Below are positions 61,802 through 64,000 of a stretch of 64,000 nucleotides of DNA, in pieces (position 1 is the first letter of the stretch; each line of letters opens with the position of its first letter). The notes under the pieces are model-generated. The model did not search any database, was not told the origin of the DNA, and was given only the letters and a program-made list of their open reading frames with translations. Made by a program: the position numbers and the translations under genes. Source of the stretch: Lytechinus variegatus (Eukaryota); NCBI RefSeq assembly GCF_018143015.1, contig NC_054741.1, positions 72,100,687-72,164,686 of the forward strand, in the 5' to 3' direction.

Positions 61802-62539
61802 GTAAAGAGATCTAGTCTTTCCTTCTTTAAAAAATTGGATCCAAGTAATTTCGGAGGCATACAAACATATATTACAAATCAACACACAAACACAAATCAA
61901 GCTTTATTTCAGTAGAGCTTTCAATCATACTGTTTCAAGCCCACCAAAATCAGGTTGTAGATTAGTGAGTTTGACTTTAATAAGAAAGTAAAGGACAATC
62001 TTAGAGTGTATATATTCCATGTCAATCTGAAGAAAGGCTCATCATGGTTGTATAAAAAAAAAATCATAATTTAGATCTCTGTTGTATTCTGTAAATAGAA
62101 TTTGACTTTTGATTAGATAGAATGTTGTGGCTTTGCTTTAAAAAAAAATGCTCATTCTTTAATGACACACATAAAATTAGTTGAATGCACACATGATTTA
62201 AACTAAAATTCTTTGAAAGTTGTGTTTTTAGGGTAAGAAGTGTTGGTTGAAATTCTTTTTTTTTTCACATTTTACCTTTTTGCTTAATTTTGTGGCCTAA
62301 TTTCAAGCATGACCACTTTCCTAATGAGAGGTATAAGGTAAGACATGGTTTAGACAGACACCAATTTTTTGCTCGTACACAAAATGCCACATTTTGTAGT
62401 GTACTCAATTTACTTAAACATGTAAACATTAAACGATTTACATTTTTAATTAAGTCATGTAGTATTTTAGATTTATGTATTCTTAGGCTATAAATTTGAA
62501 ACTTTTGGCCAAAGTTCAGTGTTTTGTTTTGATCCATAG

Positions 62540-62601
62540 ACTTGGAACACCAGATGTTTGATGAAATATCTCACTTCAGTGGCACTATATAAAAATCCAG
62601 G
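62540..62601 (+). CDS. Myosin-like gene exon: TWNTRCLMKYLTSVALYKNP(G)
   Basis: Follows the P-loop as in T.NTK.V..Y.A. Acceptor tccatag, donor CCAGG|GTAAGG; phase 0 in, phase 2 out. Confidence 0.65.
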
Positions 62602-62957
62602 GTAAGGGATATCATTTGTTTGTTCTTTCTTCCATCTTTTGTTACATTATACTGTATATCTTTTCTTGAGAATTTATTGATTGAAGATTCATTATTACAG
62701 ATATATATCTACAAAATGTGACAATGGATAGAGCATTATGGTTCGACAAATTTGGAATCACACTCTCAAAATGTTTATTTTGCGCAATGATATTCCATGC
62801 ATGATGTATATTGAAGGATGCTCTTATTTTTCTTAACATGAAGTTGAAGGCAGATTACATTACATGTACAATTTTGAAAATTTAGGCAGATCGTGGCTTC
62901 TCTCCAATATTCATTATCACTCTGCTTACATTTCATCATACATTTATTTATTTTAAG

Positions 62958-63031
62958 GGGCTTTTCACCTCCACCTGTGAAGTGCATTGAGAGAAGAATA
63001 TTGGATTCTAATCCCATCCTTGAAGCATTTG
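62958..63031 (+). CDS. Myosin-like gene exon: (G)GFSPPPVKCIERRILDSNPILEAFG
   Basis: Matches myosin IE..IL..NP.LEAFGNAKT. Acceptor ttttaag, donor ATTTG|GTAAGT. Confidence 0.8.
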
Positions 63032-63550
63032 GTAAGTAACTTCCTGATGTCTCATACCTAAATAGATGATATTAATTTGATCCTCATTGGTTAGATTTCT
63101 TTGACTTTTTCTAGAACTCTATTTTTATTCTCATCCAGTAGGATCCTCTTTGCTTATGTCATGTTATCATCCCTTTTTCAGTCTTACAAGAACCCTACTG
63201 AACTACAAGAACACTCTCTATCATTGCCTTATAACCCCCCTTGTATTCTCTACAGGTGGGTGTTTCATAAAGCTGTTTGTAAGTTGGAGTGACTTTAAGA
63301 ATGACTGATGAACCTTTTTTACACGCTAAATCGCCAATTAACATTTAATGGTGAATATCATTTACCACAAGAGAGGATCACCAGTTTATCTTAGTTATTC
63401 TTAATTTGTGAACAGCTTTATGATATGCCCCCTGAACATCAAAAGACCTCAGCTTCGGTAGAAAGAAGATTCTGTTATTAGCTTTTGAGAGTGAACTTAT
63501 TTTAGGTTATCCGTTCAAATATTTTTAAAATCATTTTTGTTTTTTACCAG

Positions 63551-63620
63551 GCAATGCTGGTACAGCCCGGAATCACAACAGCAGTAGGTTTGGAAAGTAT
63601 ATACAGCTACAGTTTGACAG
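63551..63620 (+). CDS. Myosin-like gene exon: (G)NAGTARNHNSSRFGKYIQLQFD(R). The gene continues beyond the window end.
   Basis: The NSSRFGK motif (switch I region) is diagnostic of the myosin motor. GNAKT is altered to GNAGT. Donor GACAG|GTAAGG. Confidence 0.85.
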
Positions 63621-64000
63621 GTAAGGGAGAGGAGAAGAAGAACAAGAGAATGAGAAAGAAATCAATTTGAATGTTAACCTATTTTGTATGAAGATTTGTA
63701 GTTGCTAAGAGATGCTCTCTCCTCATACCTATATATCAGTAACTGGTCTACGAGGAGTGAAAGTTAATTTGGTTTGTGAGTGTTTACTCTATGACTTGGA
63801 TTCCAAACTTACTGCTTTCCGTCAATGTTAGATTTATGTGTATTTATGGCCAACAAGAGAATTTAGGGTTGGTTCAAAATTATACGCAGCATACCTGCAG
63901 CTAAAAAAAGTTTCCAGATTTAAACCAGCAGGAATATCCAGGTCTCCGGAGGCAGCATGTATAGGCTATCTTTGTCTCTACACGTTTGCAGTCATAGTAA

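Noticed and set aside
1-64000. Prokaryotic-style novel system (operon, defence island, CRISPR array)
   Set aside because: The sequence has GT..AG spliced multi-exon genes and metazoan transposon families (LINE, DIRS, SINEs). No ribosome-binding sites or co-directional gene clusters are present. The tandem arrays lack unique spacers of constant length, so none is a CRISPR array.

Overview
This is eukaryotic, probably invertebrate-metazoan, nuclear DNA rather than a prokaryotic locus. It is AT-rich and has spliceosomal GT..AG introns, so the six-frame ORF track is mostly noise apart from ORFs that overlap real exons. I found no prokaryotic operon, defence system or CRISPR array and I do not claim a novel system of that kind.

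Three protein-coding genes are supported:
- **(1) Serine-rich gene, + strand, partial.** Three terminal coding exons (5679..6744, 10176..12335, 13142..13209) encode a serine/lysine-rich low-complexity protein with a K/R-rich NLS-like stretch. The 5' end lies outside the window or was not recognised, and I cannot name the gene.
- **(2) Major vault protein (MVP), - strand, complete.** Fourteen coding exons between 24757 and 34437 give an 858-aa product. Every exon aligns block by block with vertebrate MVP, and exon boundaries were calibrated against the ORF track.
- **(3) Myosin motor gene, + strand, partial.** Eight 5' coding exons (56790..63620) encode a divergent unconventional myosin head with an SH3-like N-terminus, the P-loop GESGAGKT split across an intron, and NSSRFGK. 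The gene runs off the 3' end of the window.

The rest of the window is repeat-dense:
- a CR1-like LINE fragment next to a tRNA-Gln-derived SINE, and a tRNA-Val-like SINE;
- a family of TIR-bounded non-autonomous elements filled with 150-180-bp tandem repeats that carry arrays of AGGTCA half-sites;
- a degenerate DIRS-like tyrosine-recombinase retroelement interrupted by a long-TIR foldback element, plus further nested MITEs;
- 120-bp satellite arrays, a 15-bp coding-like minisatellite, and several inverted-repeat MITEs.

The most unusual structure is a pair of roughly 1.3-kb inverted homologous segments (20165..21890 and 41575..42835) that bracket the whole MVP gene. An additional 300-bp inverted match (35830..36130 versus 42835..43135) also lies between the arms. 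One arm carries a MITE insertion whose empty site is preserved in the other arm.

Coordinates were read by hand against the ORF track and may be off by 1-2 bp for features not anchored to an ORF.
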